Shown piece after piece: positions 39,416 to 51,500 of a DNA stretch of 64,000 nt (positions are counted from its first letter, which is position 1; each line of letters starts with the position of its first letter). The notes beneath the pieces were generated by a model. The model did not search any database and was not told the origin of the DNA. It worked only from the letters and a program-made list of their open reading frames with translations. This DNA is from Azolla caroliniana (Eukaryota; Plantae; Polypodiophyta), in the NCBI GenBank assembly GCA_043228905.1, contig JBHGNT010000017.1, forward strand, positions 1,426,001-1,490,000, given 5' to 3'. The position numbers were made by a program, and so were the translations under genes.

Positions 39416-40515
39416 GGACCATTCCGTATCATCGAGTGCATCAATCCCATCGCCTTCCGGCTCGCCCTTCCATCCCACTTCCGGATTCATGATGTTTTTC
39501 ATGTTTCCCTCCTCGAACCCCATTATGCTTCACAACTCCCAGGACGTCAGGCCCCACCTGTGCAATTGACGACAGGGGAGGAATACGAGGTTGACCAAAT
39601 CCTTGACTTGCATTGGCACTATCGACACTCACAATACCTTGTCCTATGGAGGGGTTACCCCATGTCTGAGGCCACGTGGGAACCATCAAAAAATTTACAA
39701 AATGCCCCAAAGGTCATCAAAGATTTTCATCACCGATATCCCCACAAACCAGCGACCGATTTGGGAAGGCGAAGTAGGAGGGGGGATAATGTCAAGATTC
39801 AAACTCTTGACACGACCATGTTATAATCTAGTATCATGGGTTAACCAATATATCTAGTACACAGTTATGTATATAATTGGTCCTTATTATTTTTCTAGCA
39901 TCATGTGCGTAGTTGCTCCCTTGTAGTATTTACACTTGGCACATGCATGCATACCTACATGCTCTATTGTAGATTCACATGCGTGCAACAAGTATGCATG
40001 CCATGTAGTATAAATAGAGGAGTTCACCTTGAAGGAATTCCAGGTGAACAACACCAGTTATGGAGTCTTTCCGTTAATACTACTCGTCCATTTGTCTATC
40101 TTCTTTCTTGTCTCTTGAGCTTATGATCTATCCATGACAGATCCTGTCTCAAGGAGGAGGAGAGAGATAGAGAGAGTGTGAAAGAGATCTTGGAGTCAAA
40201 AGTGTTACTTAGAGATTGAAAGAGATCTTTGACTCAAAAGTTTTACTTAGACATTGTAGTTACTAGTTCATTCTACATTTGGTTGTTCGTCGCAAGTCAC
40301 TTTTAAGTCTCTTTTTCATGTTTTTTTTCATTACTAAGCATTGATGAGTTTTACAACTTTTACATGATTGATGAGTTTTTTCTTATCATAGAATACACAA
40401 CAGGGATGGAAAGGGCATTCATTTTCCATGGTCTTATTGCATTATAGGATACAAACTGACTTAAATATGGCATGAACTATCCAATAAATTATCAAAATTT
40501 AGAGTTAGTTCAGGA

Positions 40516-42704
40516 TTATTTTTTGAATGAGTGAATGAACTTTTCTACATTAGTATATGATGTGCCACCACATTGTGTAGCCCTCTCTATAGTTGTTTTT
40601 AACTCTTGAGCTCTGTTTCTCATTTCAAGGCCTTCGTCGTCATCAAAGACCAGCTTCACGACCTTCTCGATATTGTCCCTACCCACAACAGGGCCATCCG
40701 AATGTAGTACAAACTTGACATTCACACCCACCTTCCATACATCTACAATAAGCCTACAATTTGTAGTTTGGTCAACTTTAATAGGTATAGGGATCATGGG
40801 CATCCCCATGCTCATGCTCTCCAATGTTGAATTCCATCCACAATGTGTAAGAAAGGCACCAACTGATGAGTGCGCGAGAACATCGAGTTGAGGAGCCCAT
40901 GGTATGATAAGGCCATCCGTTTCTTCGGAGAAATGCTCCGGTAATAACTCATACACATTGCTGGAAGGCCATAGGTTTGAGGGCCTAAGTGCCCACAAGT
41001 AAGGTTGTTTGCTCGCCTTGATCCCCTCGGCTATACTCTTGATGAGCTCGACCGGAGGATTCCACAGGGTTCCAAAAGCAATGTACACAACCGAATGCTT
41101 GGATTTCTTATCCAGCCATGTGATACAAGTATTCTCATCATCTTGCTTCATTTTCACATCCATCATAATAGGCCCTATCGGATACACGGGGATATGGAAC
41201 TCTGACTCCAGTGCTCGGGATGCTTGTCCTTCCAACTCCTCATAAGTATTCAGTAAGATTGCATTGCAAAGCTTTAGTTTGTCGAAATATGACTTCAGGA
41301 ACTCAACATTTGGACTCGACGGATCATGCACATGCATGTATGCCGGGAAGCTTGAAGGCGGGAGACCAGGTATACCGGGTATGTAGGTCACGAGCTGATC
41401 TTTTGCATCTTGGCCATAAGGCTTTGGGTTTTGTTCCTCATCAAACTTGGTTTCTGAGACACATGGAGAAAGGGGTGTGAGTTTAAAACAATTGAAGGCA
41501 AACTTTTTCAGGAATGACACATCAAGACAATTAATAAAAGATTTCAAATTTCAGAAAACATTCTCGGATTATAGTGACTTTTGATTAATAGAACTTAATC
41601 CATCAAGACAATTATTAACAAAAAATTACAAACATTAGAAAACATCCTTGGCATATAGCGACTTCGAATGATTAACTTTGATACTAAGTCATCTAACTTT
41701 CTTTGAGCAAAGTATACATCCAAGATTCTGTCTTGGATTCGAAGGAAAACAAGACAATGATCTAACTAAGATAAGGGGGAACCTGGTAATTCATGGATAC
41801 ATTATGATAATATCTCATGAGTTATAAACACTCTCTCTCTCTATATATAATATCTCTATGCACATATACCGACCCCTAAATAGTATCTCTATGCACACAT
41901 ATGGGGAAGAGGATAGCCTAAACAATGCATCCATTATCACTTAAAAACTTTAGAGATTGAAGGTAAAGTTGACTTTAACGACTTTAAGAAACAGATTCAT
42001 GAAAAAAGATTCAGGGACAAATGAATTATTCTCACTAACTAACCTTCACTGAAGAAGCCATTGGAGATAAGCAAAGGAATGTGCATGAGGATACTCAACA
42101 CAGCCGCGGATTGGGTAGAGAAAAGAACAGTGGGAATGCCGAGATCGGCCCCTACATCCATAGCCCAGCCACAAAAGATACCGACAGCTATGAAGGAAAC
42201 TTTGGTGTAACAGCTTTGCTTCTCGTTCTCCTCCAAATGCTCGACGAAGAGCCTCAGGTTTTTCGACATGACTGAACAACTCTCGTAAATCACTCTCATA
42301 CTGTCAGGAGAATCCTGGTCAGTGACATAGTCATAATCGGTAGGAAGGCCATTGTCCACACAAACCAAGCCAATGTTGGGTTGTACCAAGGTCTCCTCCG
42401 AGAACCCCCTCCGACCTAATTCTTCTGCGACTACTTCTCCCATGGCCGATGGGCTTCCGGAAGCTTCACGAGTGGTGGAGGGGCTTCCATGGCCATGCGG
42501 CTTGGCCATGAGGCGAGTGTGGTAGTGGTAATTGTTGATGAAGGTAATGTGGAGGTTTGGATCATGATTGGTGAGTGTCTTGGCAAGATGCATCATGGGA
42601 TTGATCTGTCCTTGCACTGGGTAGGGAATGATGAGGGCACGAGCTCTCTTACTACCACTACCACGAGAGGCTAAGTCCACAGCTGAATCCACTGATGTGG
42701 CCAT
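40516..42704 (-). CDS. UDP-glycosyltransferase (GT1) copy 3, 532 aa
   Basis: complement(join(40516..41453,42044..42704)). Same intron position, intact PSPG box, more diverged than copies 1 and 2. Confidence 0.95.
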
Positions 42705-45422
42705 GGTTGTTCAGCTTCAGCTTCAGATCAGCCTCTTCACTCTCTTTCTTACTCTCTGACACTCTCTCTCTATGGAGCTTTTCATAGGAGCAAAGTGATG
42801 AAGAGACTTAAATATATGTACATAGTACAATACCTTTATGGTAAATAACTAAAAATAACTGCCTCATTCCTCCTTTTAACACGTGTTTTTTTCACCCCAT
42901 AATGAAGGCACATACATAGCTTCCACTGATGTGGCCACATTTTCTTGTTCATGAGCATTATTATTATTATTATGGCATTTTCACACCCACGTGCTTCTGT
43001 CTTTCTATTCATTTTGCTACAACAAAACTCTTCCAACCGACTTAGCAACAAACAAATACATAACTCTTTCTTTTTAACGTATGATCATCCTTCGAGCACG
43101 TGATTTGATTTATCTCCTAAATACATACATACCTTTCTCGTAAAATAAATAAATGCCTCATTCCTACTTCACAAATTTTATTTCATAAGCTTGGAACCCT
43201 AACCCTGACCTTTTTTGTTTTTCTTTTATCCTCCTTGTTTTCAAATGATGCCCAGTGCACTTGGATGTCTCTAGATAGTTCAGTGATGATATTTCTGTAG
43301 AGTCGTGGACATCGGCCCGTTCATTAGAACCCTCTCCTAAATGGCCACCATCTTATTGTTTTGTTGTTGACATGTGTATCTTGTGTCTTTCTAAAACACA
43401 TCATGTGTCAATCAAGAATGAGGAGACAAGGGAAACTGAAAACAAGATTGGCGTGTGTTGTTTTCCTTATAATTGGCCACTTCTACCTAAGCTCATCAAC
43501 TTTCAAGCACTTTTTTTCCTTTTTGAAGTTTTGGTTGCCTTTGTCCATGTTCCTCAATCATTGGCTGTAAAGTGAACATGTAACATTTGTTACGGGCATG
43601 ACCATATAATACCCCGTGGTGAGAATTTACCGTAGTATTCTATAGACGTGGATAAGTGTGAGGGTTAAACGAGAGTGTAAAGAAGGGGAAGATTAATTTT
43701 AATCCTTGGGATTGAGACAACCCATTAGGCCAAGTGTGAACTTGCCTGGAGGCCTAGCTACCCTCATTTGACTATCTTGTTGACTACGTCGAGACTCTGT
43801 CTTGTGGTGGGTCAACTCTTGTAGCGAGCGCACCAGCACCAGGGACGACTCGTCGCCACGGCGGTGGTATGGGACGCCAATCGAGGCTTGAGTCCGTCTC
43901 GATCCCTTCGCCTAGGGGTGGTCGGGTGGATCGACACCCTTCTTTCTCTCTCTCCTTTCTTTCTATCTACCTAGATCTATCCTTATCTAATGCTTACTTT
44001 AGTACATGTCTCTAATATTTGGTATCCAAGCCTATGTACTAATCTTTCTTTTGTTTGTCTTATCTTATCGATGGATGGCGATCGATCGTTGTGTGGTTGG
44101 CCTTCATGCAGACAAGGATCAACAAGGAACTTCGGTAATCTTTCTTGCTATTTTTGGTCTATTTTTTTCTTCTCCCATCTAATCATGTGTATGGTTAATA
44201 TGTAGATTATTTTCATTAATTAAATGATGTTGTAGTGGTATTTAATTGGTTATCTAAAATGTTTACATATGTGCACGAGGTCAATACCTTGTTTGACATA
44301 TAAATAATATGTGATGAGTGTCGTATGCGTACGAGGTTAATACCTCAATTACGTATTACGTTCACGAACATATGTTACGTTTGCGTATGAGGTCAACACC
44401 TCGATTTTGTTGTAAATGATATGCGTTTGGTCTCGTATGCGTAAGAGGTTAATACCTCAATTGCATATTACGTTGAACCCTTATTTTTGGATGTCTCGTG
44501 TGCGTAGAGGTATATGCCTCGATTATGTCATTTTTGGCTATTAAATATAACGATTTCTTTAATATAGGCATATGTGGTCACGTGTATACGTAGTTGATCG
44601 TATATATGTGATAATATACATATGTGTATATAAGTTATTACGTTATTTTAAATCGAATGTTTTCCTTTTCGGGGAAAGGTTCTTGGTGGCCGTCCTCACA
44701 TTTTTGTGAGAATTGTGTTGTCACCATCTTTTTTTTTCAACAATTTTTTATTGTTGAAATCCCCGTTGGTGACTTCGATATTTCGTTACGTAAAGAAACG
44801 CCAATAGCCATAATGATGTTGAGTACGTAGGGTTTGACCCACTTCATGTGAGGCCGCTCTTATGACACACGTATCCAACATCCCTCCCTCATTACATGGT
44901 TACGATGCCACCATGAGATCATTCTTACGAGAGGTGTTAACTCTTAGGGCCGGACAATGGCCTAACACAGGGTGTCTACGGAAGACACTTCACCAAAGGG
45001 TGTTACGGCAACAGGATTAGACTCAACGATTAATCCGACTTAATTAAGTTACTTAGCATGATCGTCTTTCATAATCACACGCGTAAGATATAACAATTAA
45101 GGTAGAACGACAATTAACACAGAGAGATAACAACACTAAGCTTTATTAATTAACCGCTCCTCATTACATTGTATCTGGGCCTTTAAATAGGTTTCCGGTC
45201 TGTATTACAAAACGGTGCCATCCGCACCTGTTCGGGATCGGTCCGGATCCGGAACGGCATACCGATTCCGGTCCGTCTGTCCACACTCATAGCTTAATTA
45301 CAACCACATTCCTACTACTTAAATAACTCTCCATTTCCCACTCTGGACTCCTTTGCCGGCCGGTAACACATGGCACGCCTGTGGGACAGTACCTTGTACG
45401 TCGAATCCACAACCGAGCCTTG

Positions 45423-48400
45423 CTATTCTTCGTCCAAAATATCCAGAATGCTTTGTTCGAGAGTCTCCAATGGTTCATCTGGAATTGGTTGTTGTTGTTG
45501 TTGTTGTTGTTGTTGTTCTGTTGATGTCTGCTGCGATGGGTCTGTTGGTGGCTGCTGCGGCTGCTCCTCCGTTTGTTGCTCTAACACCGGCGTCTCCGTC
45601 GTTGCTCCCTCCGTCGTAGTGGTCTCCGGTTGACTGGTTTCGGGCTGGCCCTCGGCCGGCGACGGGTCCTCATCACTAAGGTTAATCGTTGCCACTTCCC
45701 GTGCTTTTTCTTCCCGAACCCGAGACCCCTCGTAGTTTTCAAACTGGATTTGAACGTCTAGCCTATCATCGTCTAGCTGAGCTACGAGTTGCCTGACCTG
45801 CGCCAGCTGTTCATCCGCCAGGACTTGGAAGTCGTCGGCCAGCTCGTCCCATATGACGATGAAGTCCTCAGAAGTCAACGTATAACAATCATCTCCTTCC
45901 TTCCGCCGGTGTGCCACGTCTGCCCGTAGCAATTGGAGTTCCGCCGCGTTTTGTGCCCACTTTGCCCACCATCTTACGGAGCTTTCATCAATCAAGTGTT
46001 TTGTCTGATTCAGCCATGCCCGGAGGATGGATTGAATTCGGCCCGTTCCCAATTGCGATTTGGTTTCCGCAGCTTGCTGTTCCTCCTTCAGTTGCTTGAT
46101 GATTTTGACGTTGTCTTCCGCCTGCTCCTTGTAATGCGTCAATTGCCTTTGATATGTGCTTTGTAATTTTTGCAATACTGTTGACGCTCTCTCCTTTTCT
46201 TCCTGTTGCTGCCTCTGGAGCTCCATCCGGACCTTCTCCGCCTCGTCCAAGCGTCTTGTATTTTCCGCACGTTCATCGGCGATCGCCGTCGCGGCCCGAT
46301 CAACTTCCTGTTGGAGCTCGGCCATCCGTTCCTTATGCTCCGTTTCCAGCCGTTTGTAGTCCCGGTGCAGGTGCTCAAAATCATCTGTCTTTTGCTTGAG
46401 CCGTGCGTTGATCTGTCGACGGGCCCGGTCCTCACGGTCCTTCTGCTGGCGGAGCTCTTCCTTTAGCCGTTCAATTTCCGTTTCTACCGTCTTCTGCAGC
46501 TTGTCCTTTTCCTGTAGCACTTTGTCTTTTTCCTCCCTTAGCCGGTCGTACGCTTGATGGCCTTTCTGGAGGCTCTCCTTTGCTCGACGGAGGTTCTCAG
46601 CAGTCTTCTTTAACTCGGCTTCGGCCGCTGTCTTCAATTCCTGTTCACGGCTCCTTAGCGCTTCCTGTGCGGCAAGTTCATCTCTCAATTCCGCAAGCTC
46701 CTGGGCTTGCGCCACATCTCTCGCCGGAACGGTTTCCGTTGCTGGGGTCTTATTGCTATGTACAGGTCGATCTGTTTCTTTATTCTGTACACTTACCGGA
46801 GTCACCGGTGATTGGATCTATGTTGCCGTTACGGCCATTTTGGCCATCTCTGTCATGACCTGATCCAAGTCTTTTTCAAGGCACCGGATTCTGGACCGGG
46901 CCGTCTCTAGTTGTTCGGTTGTGACGAGCAACCGTTCGCTTTGTGCTCTTTCTTCCGCCTCAATATACCCCACTGCTCCGGCTATCTGTTCGCCTATCCA
47001 CCGGAGCCATAGGCTACCGGTGCATTGTTGTGCTTGCACGAAGGTTTGATAGATGGGCTCACTTGTAGATGGGTGGTCCCGCCTGGTTGCGCCGAGTTGC
47101 AGTTCCGTTTCTGCCCGTGGACCACCCTGCTGTCCTGGTTCCCCTTGCGCTTCTTCTTGGTTGGCCGAGGGAGGCTGCATTGACCTTTCCGGCTCTGACG
47201 GGATGGGACTTGCCGGAGTTGCCGGTGGTGCCGGGGCTTCTGATTCCGGTGCCATGCGCACCGGTTCCGGTTCCTTCCTCGACGTGGGAGTCTCAATATG
47301 GGGAGCTGGTGTTCCCTCCGTTTGAGGGTCCGAACGTTTCCCGGCTGCCTCAACGGTCCTTGCCGACGACCATCGCTGGAGGTGCTCCGTAGGCTCCTCC
47401 TCTATTTCCTCTTCCTGAGTCCCGACATTGAGTTTTGCCGCCAAGGGGTCCGCTTCTCTATTCACCGGTCCGCGGAGTGTAACCTTTACGGGCCGTGCCG
47501 GTGGTTCCTCCTGCGCATCCGTTGGCCGCTTCCGGCTGGCGCTCTCCTTTCCCTCCTGTTTTGCATCCGCCGCCTTCCCCTTAGTGGCCTTAGAGGCCAA
47601 CAACTGTTGTCGTTTGGAAGCCGTCTTTGGGGTGCCGTCCGCCACTCTTCCTCACTTCTTGGGCTGGACGGGCTGGACGGGTGGCACAAGCAAGGTGAGC
47701 CACTGCGTTACGGCGTGCCATATCCTCCGTCCGTCTCGGCCTTCTTTGTCGTCTTTGCCTCTGACGATCTTGATCGCCGCACACAACCCATCTGCGATCA
47801 ATATCGGCCAATCCACCTTGATCCCTTCATAGGTGGCGATGATCATCCCTACCCGGTTCTGCGGCATGGCAGGGGGTCTAGGGTACACATGGCCGTATTC
47901 GTGGAGCACACAAGCAATCTCGCGGAACAACATATCTCCGCCGCCCTGTGTCCGGTAGCCCTTGCTGGCTAGGGAGTACTCACCAAAATACCTGATGAGT
48001 TGCTCCGGGGTTGGATTGTCAATCGTGAGTATGCCTCCCTCCGGAAGGCCTGTTAACGCTCGAATCGCCTCTGCCGTTATGACCTCTGTGTCGATTTCTT
48101 TGATCACCTTGTCGGCTTCTTTGTGTGGCGGTACTTCCATCATCATCAAGAAGCCCTCGAGCCCGTGTTGCTTTAGCCATGTCTTGGCGGCTTTCGACAG
48201 CGTTTGCGGGTCCATGTCTGTGTCGAGGTCGGATTGCGGTGGCGAGGTTGGATGGTGATGAGAGTGAGATTGAGAGAGAGAGAGTTCAGAAGGCGGGGGT
48301 TCTCTGTGCGTAGGTTCTCGTCTGATGATCTTGTAGCGCCTTGGTGCTTCTGTGCTCCTGGGTTCGTGAAAGTAAAGGGTCTCCACACGCAGTGGTTTTT

Positions 48401-48437
48401 CTCTGTGCATTCTGGCGCCTTTTTCGAGTGTGTGCAC
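45423..48437 (-). pseudogene. Extra ~1000-codon ORF 3' of pol (globular N-domain, disordered linker, long coiled coil, poly-Q)
   Basis: ORFs 48437-47652, 47645-46818 and 46805-45423 are in the same frame and separated only by single stops. Confidence 0.8.
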
Positions 48438-48594
48438 GTCGTGTACTAAAATAGCATTATGTCCTGTGGTGGCGCTTTAAATGCCCACTACGTACCTTTT
48501 CGCTCCTCGCTCTTTCATCCATTCATTCCTCGCTTTTGCATGATTACTTTGTTTTTGTTTTATTATTATTATTATTATTATTATTAGTGTGACG

Positions 48595-51500
48595 TTACTT
48601 GTCCGTTGGTCCTCTCGGACCCTTACCAGCCTCATTTTCCCCAGTTACCGGCTCGCCGTCTCTGCCGTCTTGGTGGTTGCCGTTTCCCTCACTGGTGTCG
48701 GTCCTTTGCTCAAATGGGTTCTTAGGCATCCGTCCTCTATATGGCTTCAATCGGAATCTGTTGACCCATTTGCCTAGCACTTCGCCGGCAAGTGTCCCTA
48801 ACTGGTAGGACCCATTATACTCACGTGTTAGCCAGTACGGTCCGGTCCATCTAAACCGTAGTTTACCCGGGCATCTTGCCCATCCGGGTCTGAAATACTA
48901 ACACCGGTTTGCCGATTGCGAACATTTTCTCGTTTCCTTTACTGTGCCGGTCAACAAATGCTTTCCGTCGCCGTTGTTCCAATTCTAAGTGCAGGATGCT
49001 TGCCAGTCGTTGTTCCTCGAGTTCACACAGCGCTGTTAACCGTATTGCCTCCGACTCCTTCTCGTTCAGCCGTTCCCGTAGCTGGATCCGTAAGTTGGGT
49101 ACTTGGAATTCCACCGGCATTACCGCCTCTAGTCCGAACGCTAACCGGAACGGTGTTGTTCGGATGCTCGTCTTGTATGCCGTCCGGTATGCCCAAAGCG
49201 CGCTATGTAGCTTGGTATCCCAATCCGTTCGGTTTTCGTTGACGATCTTCCGGAGGATATTCTGGAGCGTGTTGTTCGTTGATTCCGCTAAACCGTTCGC
49301 TTGTGGATAGTAAGGTGTGCTCCGTTTGTGGACAACGGCATAGAATGTCGTCAGGCTTTCCACTACTTGGCCGAGAAAGTGCCCCCCTTGGTCGCTTATT
49401 AATTCGATTGGGCATCCGTAACGGCACCAGATGTACTCGTATAGAAATTTCGCCGTTGACGCAGCGGTGTTGTCTCTTAATGCTTTGGCCTCCACCCATT
49501 TCGTGCAGTAATCCGTCACGACGATGACGTACCGATTACCTGTTCTCATTGCCGGTGGTTTGAACGGTCCAACAAAGTTCAGCCCCCACTTCTGGAATGG
49601 CTCGAGTGGTAGTACCGGCTGGTGTGGCATACGAGCTTGCTCCGTTGGCTGGCCCATCCGCTGGCATAGGTCACATTCTTTTGCGTACCGTACCACATCT
49701 CTTAATGTCATTGGCCACCAGAGGCCACTTTGCCATATTTTCCTGGTCGTCGCATCCCCGGCATAGTGACCGCCGGCAACTCCGCAGTGAGCTTCCCTCA
49801 GTATCAGGTCCTTTTCATTGTTGCGCACAGCCCGTCTCCATATGCCGTCCGCGCCCTTGTGGTAAAGTGTGTCTTGCAGTAAGCAGAAATGTCGTCTTTG
49901 CACCGCCAGGCGTTTCCGTTCGTCCCGGTTCATCTCTTCCGGAGGCAGTCGTGTGCTCAGAAACTGGTGCATATTTGTGAGCCACTTGTCTTCCTGTGCC
50001 ACCGTCTCATTTGCTGCCGTTTCCGTAGTGACTCGAAACAACTCCGCATCCGGAAACTCATCCGCTACTCCGTCACCCGTCTCTCTGGACTCTAATCGGC
50101 TTAAGTAATCCGCCACGACATGCTGTATATCGGGTCGGTGGAATATTTCAAACTCGAATTCCTATAACAGTAAGGTCCACGGGGCCAATTTTCCGGTGAG
50201 TGACGCTTTGGACACCAGGTAAAGGAGTGTCGAATGATCTACATGGAAGGAAAACTTCATTCCCAATAAATAATGCCGAAACTTTGTCACACTGTAGATC
50301 ATTCCTAGAGCTTCCCGTTCTGTGGTAGAGTAGTTCCGTTCTGCTTGGGATAGCTTTCGGCTGGCATAGTACACTGGCCGGTACCACTTTGGCTCCGTAA
50401 GCTGCATCAGTACGCTTCCGATTGCGATGTCGGAGGCGTCCACGAACACATGAAATTCTTTACTCCAATCCGGAGGCTGCACTACCGGTGCTTGCGACAA
50501 TAGTACCTTGAGGGCCCTATACGTCGTATCCTCAGTGTTGGTCCACTTGAATGGTGTCCGATGTATGGTGGCATGCAATGGTGTAGCCAGGTCGGCCAAG
50601 TATCGGAGCATCCGGCTGTGCCACCGGATATTGCTTAAGAACCGGCTTAATGCCTTTGCCGTTGTCGGCGCCGGTGCTTCTAATATAGCTTTCACTTTGT
50701 CCGGGTCGACTACAATACCTTCCTGGCTCACAATATGTCCTAATAGAGTTCCACTGGACACGCCAAATACACACTTTGCCGAATTTAAGCTTAGCCGGTA
50801 CGCTCTACACTTTTCTAGACAAAGACGGAGGTGCTGAAAATGGTCCTCCTCCCGGCTATAGACGGCGAAATCGTCAAGGAAAACCTGCATAAAAGTCGGG
50901 ATATATTCACCAAAGATTTCCATGATGATTCGTTGAAATGTTGCCGGTGCCGTTTTGAGTCCGAACATCATCACCACGGCCACAAACACCCCCCATTCGG
51001 TGACGAAAGCCGTTTTCTCTTGGTCGTCGGGGTGCATCCGGATCTGATTATACCCGTTGAATCCGTCTAGAAAGCTATAGACCTCATGGCCGACGACGGC
51101 ATCCAACACTCCATCTGTGAACGGAAGTGGAAACACATCCGTTACCGTAGCTGCATTGAGTTTCCGGTAATCCACACAAACTCGAATTTTTCCATTCTTC
51201 TTCGGTACGACTACGATCGGGCTCAACCATGTCGCTTTCTTTACCGGACGGATAAAGCCAACTCTTAGCAGTTTGTCGATTTCCTCCTTGACTTTGGCGG
51301 CATAATTGGGATTCATTCGGTACTGTCTTTGTGCCACTGGTTTTGCGTCCTTGCTCAAGTGAACCTGATGCTGGTATAAGTGAGGGTTGAGTCCTCGCAT
51401 GTCTTCGTATGACCAGGCGAACACATCGCGAAATTCCGTGAGAAGTGTGATCATCGCCGTTTTGTCTTCAAATTTCATGTCCTTGGCGATGTGCACCGGT

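Larger units (their letters stand above)
30281..40139 (+). mobile_element. 5'-truncated Ty3/Gypsy chromovirus (Tcn1-like): RT-RH-INT-chromodomain, PPT, 3' LTR; host of nested insertions
   Basis: RT '[34 protein letters not shown]'; RNase H '[17 protein letters not shown]'; integrase zinc finger and core (32214-33161); chromodomain 'EEYEVDQIL..QYLVLWRGYPMSEATWEP' (~39575-39750); PPT gaagtaggaggggggataa; LTR 39790-40139 tgtca...tgaca. Confidence 0.93.

Noticed and set aside
44270-44525. CRISPR array
   Set aside because: Eukaryotic TE context, no cas genes, degenerate repeats and mutually related spacers. Kept only as a hairpin tandem array.
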